A stretch of DNA of 63,460 nucleotides, filler included, from Reticulomyxa filosa (Eukaryota; Protista; Foraminifera), in NCBI GenBank assembly GCA_000512085.1. It is 22 parts of 22 records of this genome, joined end to end, with 100 filler letters (N's around TTAATTAATTAA, not from the genome) between each part and the next. Parts side by side here need not be neighbours in the genome. Positions count along the whole stretch, not along the records: positions 51,003 to 53,685 come from ASPP01003901.1; positions 53,786 to 55,823 come from ASPP01021902.1; positions 55,924 to 57,025 come from ASPP01015975.1; positions 57,126 to 58,519 come from ASPP01006107.1; positions 58,620 to 63,460 come from ASPP01004722.1; 17 more parts are not named here. The stretch is one strand, 5' to 3'. The position numbers and the translations under genes are program-made. Below are positions 52,361 through 63,460 of the stretch, in pieces. Positions within the stretch are counted from its first letter, which is position 1. Every line of letters starts with the position of its first letter. The notes below the pieces were generated by a model. That model worked only from the letters and a program-made list of their open reading frames with translations, was not told the DNA's origin and made no database searches.

Positions 52361-54703
52361 AACCAGCCAGAAAAATCTCAAAATAAGGAGCATAAGTTGA
52401 TTCGAAAAGATAGTCTACTTATCCAAATTACGAAAATTGTGTTATCAAAACAAATAAAAAGAACCAGAAGTAGATATTGCACAATAACTAATTCTTTTAG
52501 AACAATTAGCCAAGGTATCACAATATTAAAATAGTTGTACAATACATCACATCATTTTGAACTATCAGACAATATATTACTTCATTCGGAATCGTTAAAC
52601 TAATCACTACATCATTTAGAGTCTTTAAGTGCCTTTCAAGAATCGAAGCAAATCAAAAAGACAAATCGTGGATACATTCCAAGCGGCCGTCACAAACAAA
52701 ATGCGAACATTCGTGATATCAGTTGTCGCTTGGATAAGACAAATAGTGTGGAATGTAGTACGTGTAGCATTAACTAGTATCAGGAATCCAAGTGAACATC
52801 AGAACTATATATTCAATTTAGAATATGATCTTGCGTTCATTTAAATTCAAAGTCCGCATTAATATAAATATATTTTAACGTAATTTATGCGTACTATTAT
52901 GTAGTAAACACGCCAGGTGAAAAAAAAACTAGGTCTTTTTCGAGTACTGGTACTGTAAAAAGTCTTAGTGTTGCTGATAATAAAAACTCCAACCTAATGG
53001 GTGACAAATTGCTTGTATTATGTGCAGCATTGCTAATGTTTGTTGGTGAATGTGTGGTGAGAACGCATCATCCTGTTGTAAACGTTAAGTTGACAGTAAG
53101 TTGTTGACAGTCTGAAAGTAGCTTTCTCTGGTGTTAATGACAGGAAGTGATCCAGGAATATGACGAAATTAGATTTTCTTTGTGGCATCGTGTGCGAACA
53201 ACTTACAATCCTAAATTTACATTTTTTATTATCACCAACGTTAAGCTAGGTCTTGAGAGTTTAATCAAAACACAATATAGAATAAAAGAAAGTTAAATAC
53301 AATAATAAAAAGTTTATTGGAATTTTTGGATTCTGGATCCCAAGTATTGGATATTTGATTTTGGATTACTTACCATCAAAAACATGGATCCATCAGTTCA
53401 AAATTCAAAATGGTACCAACTTACCACCAGATCAAGGAATGATGAAAAAGCTTGTACTGACTAATCTAAGGTATACGTATAACTGTGTATAAAAAATTAG
53501 TTAGCTGCAACTCAAAAGAAAATAATTATATTGTTGCTTGATCACTGACAGAAATCAATTGGTGCAAGTAATAGTATCAATGCCTCTCTACTCAATGCTT
53601 GCAATCCGTAATCCTGATTTTATGAGCTCAGAACTCCCAACAGCGAGACGTTCGATTTTAGAAATGGTCAATAAAAAAAAAAAAANNNNNNNNNNNNNNN
53701 NNNNNNNNNNNNNNNNNNNNNNNNNNNNNTTAATTAATTAANNNNNNNNNNNNNNNNNNNNNNNNNNNNNNNNNNNNNNNNNNNNTTTTTTTTTTTACTA
53801 TTCCTAAACCTCCCTCTCCCTCATGGTTGATGGTTAACGTAGAATTGATTTGTTCTCAATATTTTCACAATCTCATCCGATAAGTCACATCTTTGTGAAT
53901 ACACTTTTGTTGTTGATATGGACATGCATACACACACACGCAACAAAAGTTTGTTATGTGCGGAACATAACACGAAATGCAATGAACAAACATGCAATCA
54001 GAGCACCCAAAAAAAAAAAAAAATGTGTGTACATTCCTACATTTGTGAAGACGTTTCTCTTGATTTGCATCTGATTTTGCAAATGTCTCAAGCAATTCTT
54101 TCAGTGTTTGATTGGGCTTATTTGCTTGACCTGTTCCAAAATAGCAAAAAATATATTACAATATTGTCTTCTGTCGTTCGTCCTCGTAAAAACAGAATAC
54201 ATAAACTGCTTTAGCCAAACTCTGATATGGAAGAGATTTTATTTGAGAAGATCTCATCTATCTTTCCTTTATGCTCCAATACTAAAGATCACTATTAACA
54301 TCAACTTCCACGACCCCGATCAATCAAATTTTTTTTTTTTTTTTGAGGGTTGTTGTCGTAGTTTCGTAACATATGGGTGTTTTAAAATGCAAACTAAAAC
54401 CGGCATCTTTATTTTCTAAAATGAATGTTCCAAAACGCACGTGCAAAACTTTGTTCAGAAAAAAGAATGTATATCGAACCTGATTTGGCTGATATTTTTT
54501 CAAAGAAAAACAGGATTAAAATGTACGAATAATTGATAATTGTAAGAATGTGAATACGAAAGAACGAAAAGTGTCAAGGTTTGAATTGATCCCAAAAGAA
54601 ATATTTTCAAACATTGCATAAAAATCTCAAAAACAAAACAAAAAAAAACAAATTCTTTTTTTGTCTGTTGTCTTTTTTTTTTTTTTTTTATTATTCGTTT
54701 CGT

Positions 54704-55252
54704 TCATTGTTGTAACTTCTTGCCACCAACAGCGACGTCATGAGGATTAGCAAAAGATACCATTAGAAAGTCGATTGATTTACTGTTATTTGGTCCGATA
54801 CTTAACTTAATGTGCTTCATTACAGGATTACACAAAGAGATAAGATTATTGGATTGAGCATTGCTCTGGCTGGCCAAACCTACAAAAAGCGCACAATGAG
54901 CATTATTGAGATGAATGGAGGGAATGAGAGAGAAAGAGAAAAAAAAAGATAAAGTAAAAACTGATAAGTTGGTGATTGAAGTGTCCAATGGTGTACAAGG
55001 TGAAGACAAATAAAACACCACTGCTATCCGAGGCCAAGCAATGGCAAGGAACTTCATTGGGTTGTGAAAACACTTGCATTAATTTGAATATAATAATATA
55101 ACCATCATTTAACCCTTCTTTCAATTGACCGACGCAGCTAAGTAAGCGATAGTTTTTAAAAGACTTGAAGATATCAACGCTGTATTTTTTGATTTGTTGT
55201 TTCGAAGCAAAGTTGTTATTCTCACTGTTATTATTGTTAGCGTTATTGCTAT

Positions 55253-55291
<39 letters not shown>

Positions 55292-55724
55292 AAGCAGTGG
55301 TAGTAGCATTGCCACTGCTGTCATTACTTGTACTGTTGGAATGGACAGCCTTATCGATTCGTAGCAACAGATGACACAAGTGATTATACTTTTCAGTAGC
55401 ATTGACATGTTCATCGCCATAGGCTTTGCTGTGTGTCAAATCATCCAACGCCTCTTTGTACATGGCGTAGTGTTCATAGACAGTGGCACGATTGAAGAAC
55501 AGGTCGGGATGTTTGTTATGTCGATTGATCGTGCACTTTTCTTCTGCAAACTTGTACGCGTTTAAGCACTTGTCCAAGTACTCATTCTTCATCACATTCA
55601 CAGACGACGAGAGGACGACAGGGGTCGGTTTCGATTTGCTCTCGTCCCCTTCGTCGTCTTCTTTCTTTGTTTCATTGGATATTGCATGCAATGTGGTATC
55701 ATATGTATTTTTATCTTTTCTCAT
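54704..55724 (-). CDS. TTC5: TTC5-like TPR plus OB-fold protein, C-terminal part (5' partial)
   Basis: LNAYKFAE..HPDLFFNRATVYEHYAMYKEAL, LKEGLN, EVPCHCLASDS, FTLY, NPHDVAVGGK match recalled TTC5 motifs NPDLHLNRATL and LQPGVN. In-phase intron at 54961..54880. Confidence 0.8.
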
Positions 55725-55783
55725 TGATTGATTGATCTCACGAACAAAGACTAGTGTTTATATATAGGTATATATATGTATAC

Positions 55784-55823
<40 letters not shown>

Positions 55824-55923
55824 NNNNNNNNNNNNNNNNNNNNNNNNNNNNNNNNNNNNNNNNNNNNTTAATTAATTAANNNNNNNNNNNNNNNNNNNNN
55901 NNNNNNNNNNNNNNNNNNNNNNN

Positions 55924-56771
55924 TCGGCATCGAGTTCGCGAGCTTCTACCGCACCATGGGCGCCGAGGTGACGGTGGCAGAGGTCATGGACCGCGTGCTG
56001 CCGGTCGAGGATGCCGAGGTCTCCGCCTTCGCCAAGAAGGCGTTCGAGAAGCAGGGCATGAAGATCCTGACCAGCGCCACGGTCTCCAACCTGAAGAAGG
56101 GCGCCGACAACGTCACGGCCACCATCACGGTCGGCGGCATGGCCCAGGAGATCACGGTCGACCGCGTCATCAGCGCCGTCGGCATCGTGGGCAACGTCGA
56201 GAATATCGGCCTCGAAGGCACCAAGGTGAAAGTCGAGAAGACCCACATCGTGATCGACCCGTGGGGCGCAACCGGCGAGCCGAACGTCTACGCGATCGGC
56301 GACGTCGCCGGCCCGCCCTGGCTCGCGCACAAGGCGATGCACGAGGGCGTGCTGGTGGTCGAGAAGATCGCCGGCGTGAAGGGCGTGCACCCGATGAAGA
56401 CCGAGAACATCCCGGGCTGCACCTACTGCCAGCCGCAGGTCGCGAGCATCGGCCTCACCGAGGCGGCGGCCAAGGCCAAGGGGCTGGAGCTCAAGGTCGG
56501 CAAATTCCCCTTCATCGGCAATGGCAAGGCGATTGCCCTTGGCGAGCCCGAGGGCTTCATCAAGACCATCTTCGACGCCAGGACCGGCGAGCTTCTGGGC
56601 GCCCACATGATCGGCGCCGAGGTTACCGAGCTGATCCAGGGCTACAGCATCGCCAAGACACTGGAGACGACCGAAGCCGAGCTGATGGCCACGGTGTTCC
56701 CGCATCCCACCCTTTCGGAGATGATGCACGAGTCGGTACTGGCGGCCTACGGCCGGACGCTCCATATCTAG
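55924..56771 (+). CDS. lpdA: Dihydrolipoamide dehydrogenase (5' partial), alphaproteobacterial type
   Basis: IGIEFASFY, YAIGDVAGPPWLAHKAMHEG, IPGCTYCQPQVASIG, FPHPTLSEMMHE. Confidence 0.97.
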
Positions 56772-56777
56772 CGCATC

Positions 56778-57025
56778 ATGGACGGAACCCTCGACAAGCT
56801 TTCCCTGAGCCGGGCGGAGCGCCACCCGGAAAAGGCCCACCGCCCCGACAACCCCATCCAGCGCAAGCCGGATTGGATCAGGGTGCGTGCGCCAAACTCA
56901 CCGGAATATGCCGAGACCAAGCGGCTGATGCGCGAGCTCAAGCTGACGACGGTGTGCGAGGAGGCGGCCTGCCCCAACATCGGCGAGTGCTGGAAGCAGA
57001 AGCACGCGACCTTCATGATCATGGG
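56778..57025 (+). CDS. lipA: Lipoyl synthase (3' partial)
   Basis: [28 protein letters not shown] (CX4CX5C), ATFMIMG. It starts 6 nt downstream of lpdA. Confidence 0.97.
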
Positions 57026-57125
57026 NNNNNNNNNNNNNNNNNNNNNNNNNNNNNNNNNNNNNNNNNNNNTTAATTAATTAANNNNNNNNNNNNNNNNNNN
57101 NNNNNNNNNNNNNNNNNNNNNNNNN

Positions 57126-57618
57126 GCTGGGCGACCCGCCCGCCGGCTACGTGGCGCGACCGTTCATGGTGGTACGTACCAAGCTGTACGCCGCACCGGC
57201 CTATCTGGCGCAGCATGGCACGCCGCAGCACCCGTCCGAGCTGGTACGCCACAGCTGCCTGCACCTGGCCGAGCAGGCCGGCGACGACGAGTGGTGTGCG
57301 GTGCGCGACAACGAACGGGTAGTGGTGAATGTGCGCGGCCGTTACGCCAGCAACCACAGCGAGATGCGGCGCGAGGCCGCCGAGTGGGGGATGGGCATCG
57401 CCAGCCTGCCCGACTTTACCGCCCGCCAGGCGCTGGACGAGGGCCGGCTGCTGGCGGTGCTGCCGGACTGGCAGCTGCTGGGCCGCTACCAGGGCACCAG
57501 CTGGCTGGTGTACCACGCCGATCGTTACCGCTCGGCGCGGGTGCGTGCGGTGGTGGATTTTCTGTTGGGCGTGGCCACGCGGCTGGGCTATGGCACGGCC
57601 AGCCTGCCGCCGGGCTGA
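57126..57618 (+). CDS. LysR-family transcriptional regulator, substrate-binding domain (5' partial)
   Basis: AAPAYLAQHGTPQHPSELVRHSCL, GMGIASLPDF, GRLLAVLPDW, SARVRAVVDFL (CrgA/DmlR-like). Confidence 0.92.
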
Positions 57619-57640
57619 TAAGCCGGTAGCTGCACCAAGC

Positions 57641-57665
57641 AAAACACCCCGCCGTGGCGGGGTGT
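57641..57665 (-). terminator. Rho-independent terminator between convergent LysR and fpr genes
   Basis: ACACCCCGC-CGTG-GCGGGGTGT hairpin followed by a T-run on the minus strand. Confidence 0.75.
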
Positions 57666-57690
57666 GGCAGGGTTGGCCGCAGACCGGCGC

Positions 57691-58470
57691 TTACTTCTCG
57701 ACGAAGGCGCGCTCGATGGCGAAGTGGCCCGGCTCGCCCATGCGCGGCGATTCCTTGAAGCCCAGCTCTTCCAGAATGTGGCAGGTGTCTTCCAGCATGG
57801 CCGGGCTGCCGCACAGCAGGGCGCGGTCGGTTTCCGGGTTCAGCTGCGGAATGCCCAGGCGCTGTGCCAGCTCGCCGCTCTTGATCAGGTCGGTCAGTCG
57901 GCCCTGGTTGGCGAACGGTTCGCGGGTAACGGTGGGGTAGTACACCAGCTTCTCGCTGATGATCTCGCCCAGGAACTCGTGTGCCGGCAGCTCTTTGGTG
58001 ATGTAGTCGTGGTAGCCCAGTTCGCTGACCCAGCGTACGCCGTGGATCAGGAAGATCTTGTCGTACAGGTCGTAGACTTCCGGGTCCTTGATGATGGACA
58101 TGAACGGGGCCAGGCCGGTACCGGTGGACAGCAGGAACAGGTGTTTGGCGTTCGGCAGCAGGTTGTCCTGCACCAGGGTGCCGGTGGGCTTGCCGGAGAT
58201 CACCACCTTGTCACCCGGTTGCAGGTGCTGCAGGCGCGAGGTCAGCGGGCCGTTCTGTACCTTGATGGAGTAGAACTCCAGGTGTTCTTCCCAGTTGGCG
58301 CTGGCCACCGAGTAAGCACGGATCAGCGGTTTGCCGTTCACTTCCAGACCGATCATCACGAACTGGCCGTTGATGAAACGCAGACCCGGGTCGCGGGTGC
58401 AGGTGAAGCTGAACAGGGTGTCGTTCCAGTGATGGACGGACAGGACGGTTTCGGTCGAAAGAGTAGCCAT
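57691..58470 (-). CDS. fpr: Ferredoxin-NADP+ reductase
   Basis: VLSVHHWNDTLFSF, RAYSVAS, GPLTSRLQHL, LSTGTGLAPFMS, LLCGSPAML, IERAFVEK. The likely start is ATG 58470 (259 aa). Confidence 0.97.
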   Translation of the reverse strand: MATLSTETVLSVHHWNDTLFSFTCTRDPGLRFINGQFVMIGLEVNGKPLIRAYSVASANWEEHLEFYSIKVQNGPLTSRLQHLQPGDKVVISGKPTGTLVQDNLLPNAKHLFLLSTGTGLAPFMSIIKDPEVYDLYDKIFLIHGVRWVSELGYHDYITKELPAHEFLGEIISEKLVYYPTVTREPFANQGRLTDLIKSGELAQRLGIPQLNPETDRALLCGSPAMLEDTCHILEELGFKESPRMGEPGHFAIERAFVEK

Positions 58471-58654
58471 GTGGATTGTCTTTGGATACAGGCAAAAAAT
58501 CATCAAGCCGCCATTCTACNNNNNNNNNNNNNNNNNNNNNNNNNNNNNNNNNNNNNNNNNNNNTTAATTAATTAANNNNNNNNNNNNNNNNNNNNNNNNN
58601 NNNNNNNNNNNNNNNNNNNAAAAAAAAAAAAAAAAAAAAAAAGAGGGTATCACA

Positions 58655-58815
58655 TACCCTCCTTCAACAGACTCTTTGAGCAATTCGTAGTGAGGTGGGA
58701 TTGTCTCGGGTGTTTTGTCTTGAAAAGTTATTCCCAAGTCTGTAATGGGCGCCAAATTTCTTTCATCGTCGTCCGCTTCCGCCAACTCAAATACGTCTGA
58801 CGACTTTTTTTCTTT
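58655..58815 (-). CDS. Exon with MABP (MVB12-associated beta-prism)-like repeat
   Basis: APITDLGITFQDKTPETIPPHYELLKESVEGG resembles the MABP pattern PITDI......E.vP.GY.li..t..G. The gene is truncated by the contig end. Confidence 0.55.
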
Positions 58816-59629
58816 ACACACAACATTTCCTCATTTTTTTTTCAAAAAAAAAAAAAAAGAAGTATATGCTTTTTTTTTGTCTCCCCCTTTTTTTTTTTTT
58901 GTTATTCAAAACTCATGAAATGAAAGCACATTGCATGCAACAACTCTAATTCCGGTGTCACTGGCTTCAGTTTGGCGGCTAAGTGAGTGACCGCCATGTG
59001 GGTACAGTTGCGCACATTTTTAATCATAAATTCTTGTTGATGTTTTAACTGCATCCGATGTGCAAATAGTACATTTAATCCAAAACAAAACAAAAAATGC
59101 TTAGATGTAACTCTACAAAAATGTGAACAACGAATGGTGGCCTTCTTCCCCCTCTCTTCTCCTCCTTCAGTTTAAAACAAAAAATTGCCTGCTGGTCAAG
59201 TGCTATATGTGTCTTGGGCTTGAGTTGCTTTTTTGTTTCATTCATTGTCTGCTAGTTTTGTTTCGTTATATGTTGAACAAAACAGCAAATGATAGGATTT
59301 TTTCTTTTATCGTTACCTCACAGTAAAAAGGTTTCTACCAAAACGTGTTGTGTACCAACACAAAAAAAAGTACCCCAAAGATACTTTTACAACTCTTTAA
59401 TTTGTTCTTGATCGAAACCTTAATGAGTTCAAGAGAAGTATAAACAAAGAAATCGTTTACTATTTCGAATAATTTTACGTGGTGTACTGCATTTGTTCAG
59501 TAATTAAAAAATAAATAAAAGTTAAGGCAAACTGCAAAATGAAACGCAGGGAAAATTTAAAAAATTATTTTTAAGTTATAATGGCTGACTTTTTTCAAAG
59601 CTGTGGCTCCTTTATCATAATCCTAATAA

Positions 59630-60154
59630 ATGACATTAGAAAAGGATATAATATCAAAAGGATGTTGTATTTGTGATGATTCAGATGCTTATTATGATGA
59701 TATATTGATTTTTTGTAATGGATGTGGAATAAAGGTTCATCAAACCTGTTATGGAGTTCCGGTTCCAAAGAAACTTTTCCGTTGCAAGTATTGTGAACGG
59801 CGTCGACAAAAAGCGATAACGCCGAAACCTCTGCCATTGATCACATGTGAAATCTGCAAAGTTTGAGACTTACATAAAGCTGCCTCTGCTTTATTTTCAA
59901 CTAGAACAACACGAAGAGAGATCAAAACAAAACAAAAAAAAGGTTAGCTTACAAGTGGCAACTGGGTTAACACCTGTGATTAATGAAAAAAGAGTAGTCT
60001 GGGCACACACACTTTGTGCAATTTCGTTTCTGTGTCCATTTGCAGATCGAAAGCAACGAAGTGGAGTAGATATCTCAAGCATTGCTGCAAAAGATTTAGA
60101 AGGAATATGTTGGTATGTATTACATTTGATTGATTAATTCAAACAAATAAATCA

Positions 60155-60189
<35 letters not shown>

Positions 60190-63100
60190 TTGATTTATTT
60201 ATTTACTTGTTTATGTGTTTGTTTTGTACTACGTACTACATGAAAAAATAATGGCTTGAATTGCATTTCTCTCGGAGTTATGTTGTATTGTATTGTTTGT
60301 GTATGGAATTGGGAAAGTGTCTGTAAAAAGAGCGAGGGCGCGAAAATGAAATGCACAAAACCACAGTGCGAAAACAGAGCGCACCCAGTGTGTGCACGGC
60401 TAAACCAGCAATGCCTCATTGATGTGAAAGGCGATAGGACCTTTCTGCTGGTTCACTTTTTTTGCGATGCACACAGACCCCCTTTGTCATTGCAACCAGA
60501 GCAGGAGTCGGTGAGTGACACATCGAAGGAGCGTCGGAAATCCTTTAAGCCAAATTCGAATCCTATGTTCGATACTGCAAAGGCTTATTTGGACGAATGG
60601 GGGATTGAATATCGTAAAGATACTCTCAGAGCACCTCAAAAGCGACCGTTGTCAGACATTCTTCAGTTCTTTTTATTATTTATTTGTAATAATAATAATA
60701 ATAATAATAATATATATATACATATATATTATTATTATTATTATTGTAAATATGTATGAATTCAGTGAACAAAATGAACATTCCAAGACATCTCCACAAA
60801 CGCAACGTCGTAAGATTGCCAAAAAAAGAGAAGCAAAAGAAATAAAAACGGAAAGCCCTGAACAAGTGAAAATGGAGGTCGACAAGTCTGAGATTGTGGA
60901 GACGATTGCAAGTGAGAGCGACAAAAATGGCAACACCAGCGACGATGGCAATGACAGTGATTACGACAACGACAACGACAGTGATTATGACAACGACAAC
61001 GACAGTGATTATGACAACGACAGTAATAGCAATGCAATAAATAAGAGCGATAGTGGGAACAGTAGAGACGATGACAGTGACAATGATCGTGTGGAGAACA
61101 AGAAGAACATCACCGAAAGTTTTGATGAGAATGAGAGCAGCGACAAAGCGTCGAATGCAAACATGATGTTGACTTTGAGTGACACTTCTTCCAATTTGAC
61201 CGCAGATAATCTTGATCTGGGAAGTGACAATGAACAAGACGCTACTTCCATCACTAGTGATGAAACATATAATCCAGCATGCGATTTGCTTAGTGTTGCT
61301 GCCTGTTGTCGTTTGTCTGCAGTTTTCAAATCTATTTACATATGTGTATACATGCATAATTGTGTATGTGTGTATTTGTATTCATTGCTATAATTTGTCC
61401 CTTTATAATACAAAAAAAGATTGGTCTGTCGGATTTGTCATCGGCGCAATCCGCATCTCCGGAACAAACCTCCTCAAACAAGAAATCTGGTTCGAACAGT
61501 GAGTTGAGTGAATTGCAGTTACCTGAGGCTGTTATTAAAGATGAACAAGACATTGAAGAAAAGACGAAATCAAAAAACAAGTCCAAATCGAAATCCAAAT
61601 CAACGTCAAAATCAAAATTTAAACCTAAATCCAAATCCAAATCAAAATTGAAACATAAATATGAATCGAAATCACAATTCAAATCCCAGCCTCAACTTCA
61701 AGCAGAATCGCAACAGAAAAAAAACTCGGAATCGAAATCAAAGAAAGAGCCCCCTGAAAAAACAACAACGTCAAACATGCAACGCCAGCCCAATAAATCC
61801 CGCCAAAAAAATCCTTTGAAAAGATACGGCCTCTCTCGGCAATCGACAGGGATTCGAGCATTCAATTTGGCGGACGTGCATCCTTTTCCATTTGTTCACG
61901 GTAAATGCTTCTGTGAAGAGTTCCAGCACCAATTGACTTTACAAGAAGACAGTAATCTTTGGTACAAACAGCCGATTTGGTGCAAGTTCGCTCTTCTTGC
62001 TCCGTTCATGCGAAGCAAAGAGAGTTTTCCCGATCCGCAATCGCTATTGCGACATTATAACAATTGTTGCGACCACACTACCTCTGATCACGCCAATCCC
62101 ACTCGTCAGGTGTTTGTTGGCTACCAGCAACAGCATATCGACTCTTTTTTGCAACGTTTGTCCACCACTCACACTTCTTCATCTGATGCACCTTCGCTGC
62201 TGTCAATGCAATCTATTGTTGAGGACTCAATCTAATATACTGTTCAATATATACATATTAATGTATATACTCGAATAAAAAGTAGAGTCGTTCTGCCTTC
62301 TTTTTTTTTTTTTTTTTTTTTAAAAAAAAATTGTTAACAGACAATGGAAAAGATGAAAACAAGTGAAGTGAAAAGTGTCGTGAAAGAAGAACCGACGACG
62401 AATGAGAAAAAAAAGCAGGCGAACAGAAAAAAAAAAGGAATGACACTCTCCGAGCGGAAGTTGTATCGGGATATAATCATAAATACTGGGGGGTCGATCA
62501 TGTCATTTGACTTTTGCCCTTGCAGTGATCATCACAGCCACAGTTATTTGGCAGTGATGGCCGATCACAAACGAATGTATCATTATTTCAGTGACCATCA
62601 AAGCCAAACTCGAAATGCAAACACCACTGCGAATACAAATACAAGCACAAACAGAAATTCCTCGGACAAAATTGTCCATTCTTCTTGTCTTATCCAAATA
62701 TGGCGTATTAAGAAATATAAACCTGACGAGCCCAATCCACAAAAGTCCAAGCATGACAATATAAAAACACGAGACGATTTGAAAAAGCAATCGGAAGATG
62801 CCCAATTGTGTTATTGCATCGTGCATCCCTCAGAATTCGTGTGTGACTTGCAATGGTTTCCCAAATGCAACAGTGCCAGTCCCGACCATATCGGCATTTT
62901 GGCTGTCGCCGGCAGCGACGGCTATTTGTACGTATACTCGGTTCCTTTGTCGCACCAACATGACATTTGCAGTTTCAATACAACCAGCTCCACTAATTCG
63001 ACTTCCACTTGTGCACTCGTGTGGTTGAAGCCTATTTTGATACTGGGAGTCCCAGGTCGACGTGTTTCTCGCTGCAAATGGTCAACGAATAGTCGATATC

Positions 63101-63393
63101 CGATCATACTAGCTGGGACGTTGGAAGGTGAGGTCATTGTTTGGAATATGAAACAATTGACTTCAAGCCTTGTCGATGCTACTGACAGCAAGCCCCGAAC
63201 GAATGAACACTTGACCTGCTTCTCGGCTCATCACAAAACAAATGCCCCGGTTGTGTCGATAGATTGGTACGAGGATGGAAGTGACGGTGTGTTCATCGTT
63301 GCGACCAATGATGGGCAGATCACAATTTGGGACATCAATCGTTTATGTGTACCCATCTTCAAACGGAAATTTCTGAAGTTGTCACAGAGCTAA
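59630..63393 (+). CDS. PZP (PHD-Zn knuckle-PHD) domain plus TFIIIC Tfc6/GTF3C2-like WD40 protein (probably 3' partial)
   Basis: PHD1 CCIC..LIFCNGCGIKVHQTCYG..CKYC; knuckle CEIC..WAHTLC; PHD2 CCVC..KCTKPQC..HPVCA..FCDAH. WD40 region GGSIMSFDFCP, YLAV, IQIW, VCDLQWFP, IGILAVAGSDG..VYSVP. Six exons splice in phase. Confidence 0.75.
60953..61024 (+). repeat. 24-bp coding tandem repeat x3 (DSDYDNDN)
   Basis: GACAGTGATTA(C/T)GACAACGACAAC units. Confidence 0.85.
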
Positions 63394-63460
63394 TGTGGAT
63401 CCCTGGACTAGACTGCGCTATTTTGGGCGCCGAGAGCTGTTATGTGCATTTTTTTTTTTT

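Larger units (their letters stand above)
4296..58619. other. 21 artificial contig-joining spacers (N44-TTAATTAATTAA-N44, 100 nt each)
   Basis: Identical spacers start at 4296, 5676, 7364, 8486, 9719, 12249, 15471, 17115, 21510, 28808, 35239, 36898, 39767, 43980, 45726, 48971, 50903, 53686, 55824, 57026 and 58520. TTAATTAATTAA puts stops in all six frames. Confidence 0.99.

Noticed and set aside
36998-58519. Horizontal transfer of bacterial genes into the protist genome
   Set aside because: Each bacterial segment fills a whole contig bounded by spacers, with no junction to host DNA and no introns.
55872-58575. Long antisense and alternate-frame ORFs (55872..56840, 56261..57073, 57664..58575, and similar in 37087..39764)
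   Set aside because: They are shadows of real GC-rich genes, where stop codons are scarce.
4296-58619. Regularly recurring TTAATTAATTAA motif as a CRISPR-like or biological repeat
   Set aside because: It is always centred in 44+44 Ns and is an artificial six-frame-stop linker. ORFs that run into X residues are artefacts.
18180-58815. Functional clustering of SNF7 with the MABP exon, or of PhLP3 with TTC5
   Set aside because: The genes lie on different contigs, so their co-occurrence in the window is arbitrary.
1-63460. Alternative genetic code explaining the many short ORFs
   Set aside because: SNF7, PhLP3, TTC5 and the PZP gene translate cleanly in the standard code once introns are removed.

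Overview
This window is not one locus. It is 22 short contigs joined by identical artificial 100-nt spacers (N44-TTAATTAATTAA-N44), so adjacency across a spacer means nothing. Nineteen contigs are AT-rich, intron-containing protist DNA with homopolymer and microsatellite runs. Lineage-typical expanded Kelch and TPR families suggest the foraminiferan Reticulomyxa filosa (recognised from memory, not searched). Recognisable eukaryotic genes are SNF7/CHMP4, phosducin-like PhLP3/TXNDC9, a CLC chloride channel, an RGS protein, TTC5, an RRM protein, a PHTF-like membrane protein, an RNF213-like E3 C-terminal module with an RZ zinc finger, and a gene that appears to splice a PZP chromatin reader to a TFIIIC Tfc6/GTF3C2-like WD40 domain. 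There are also a clathrin heavy chain fragment, Kelch and TPR pseudogenes, a decayed Ty3/Gypsy pol, a Tc1/mariner-type element end in three copies, a 27-bp minisatellite and an unusual tRNA-like cloverleaf. Three GC-rich contigs are bacterial (TAXI-TRAP transporter; lpdA-lipA; LysR plus fpr) and are probably co-sequenced organisms. The best candidates for new biology are the apparently RING-less RNF213/RZ E3, the PZP-Tfc6 fusion, the tRNA-like element and the PHTF homolog.
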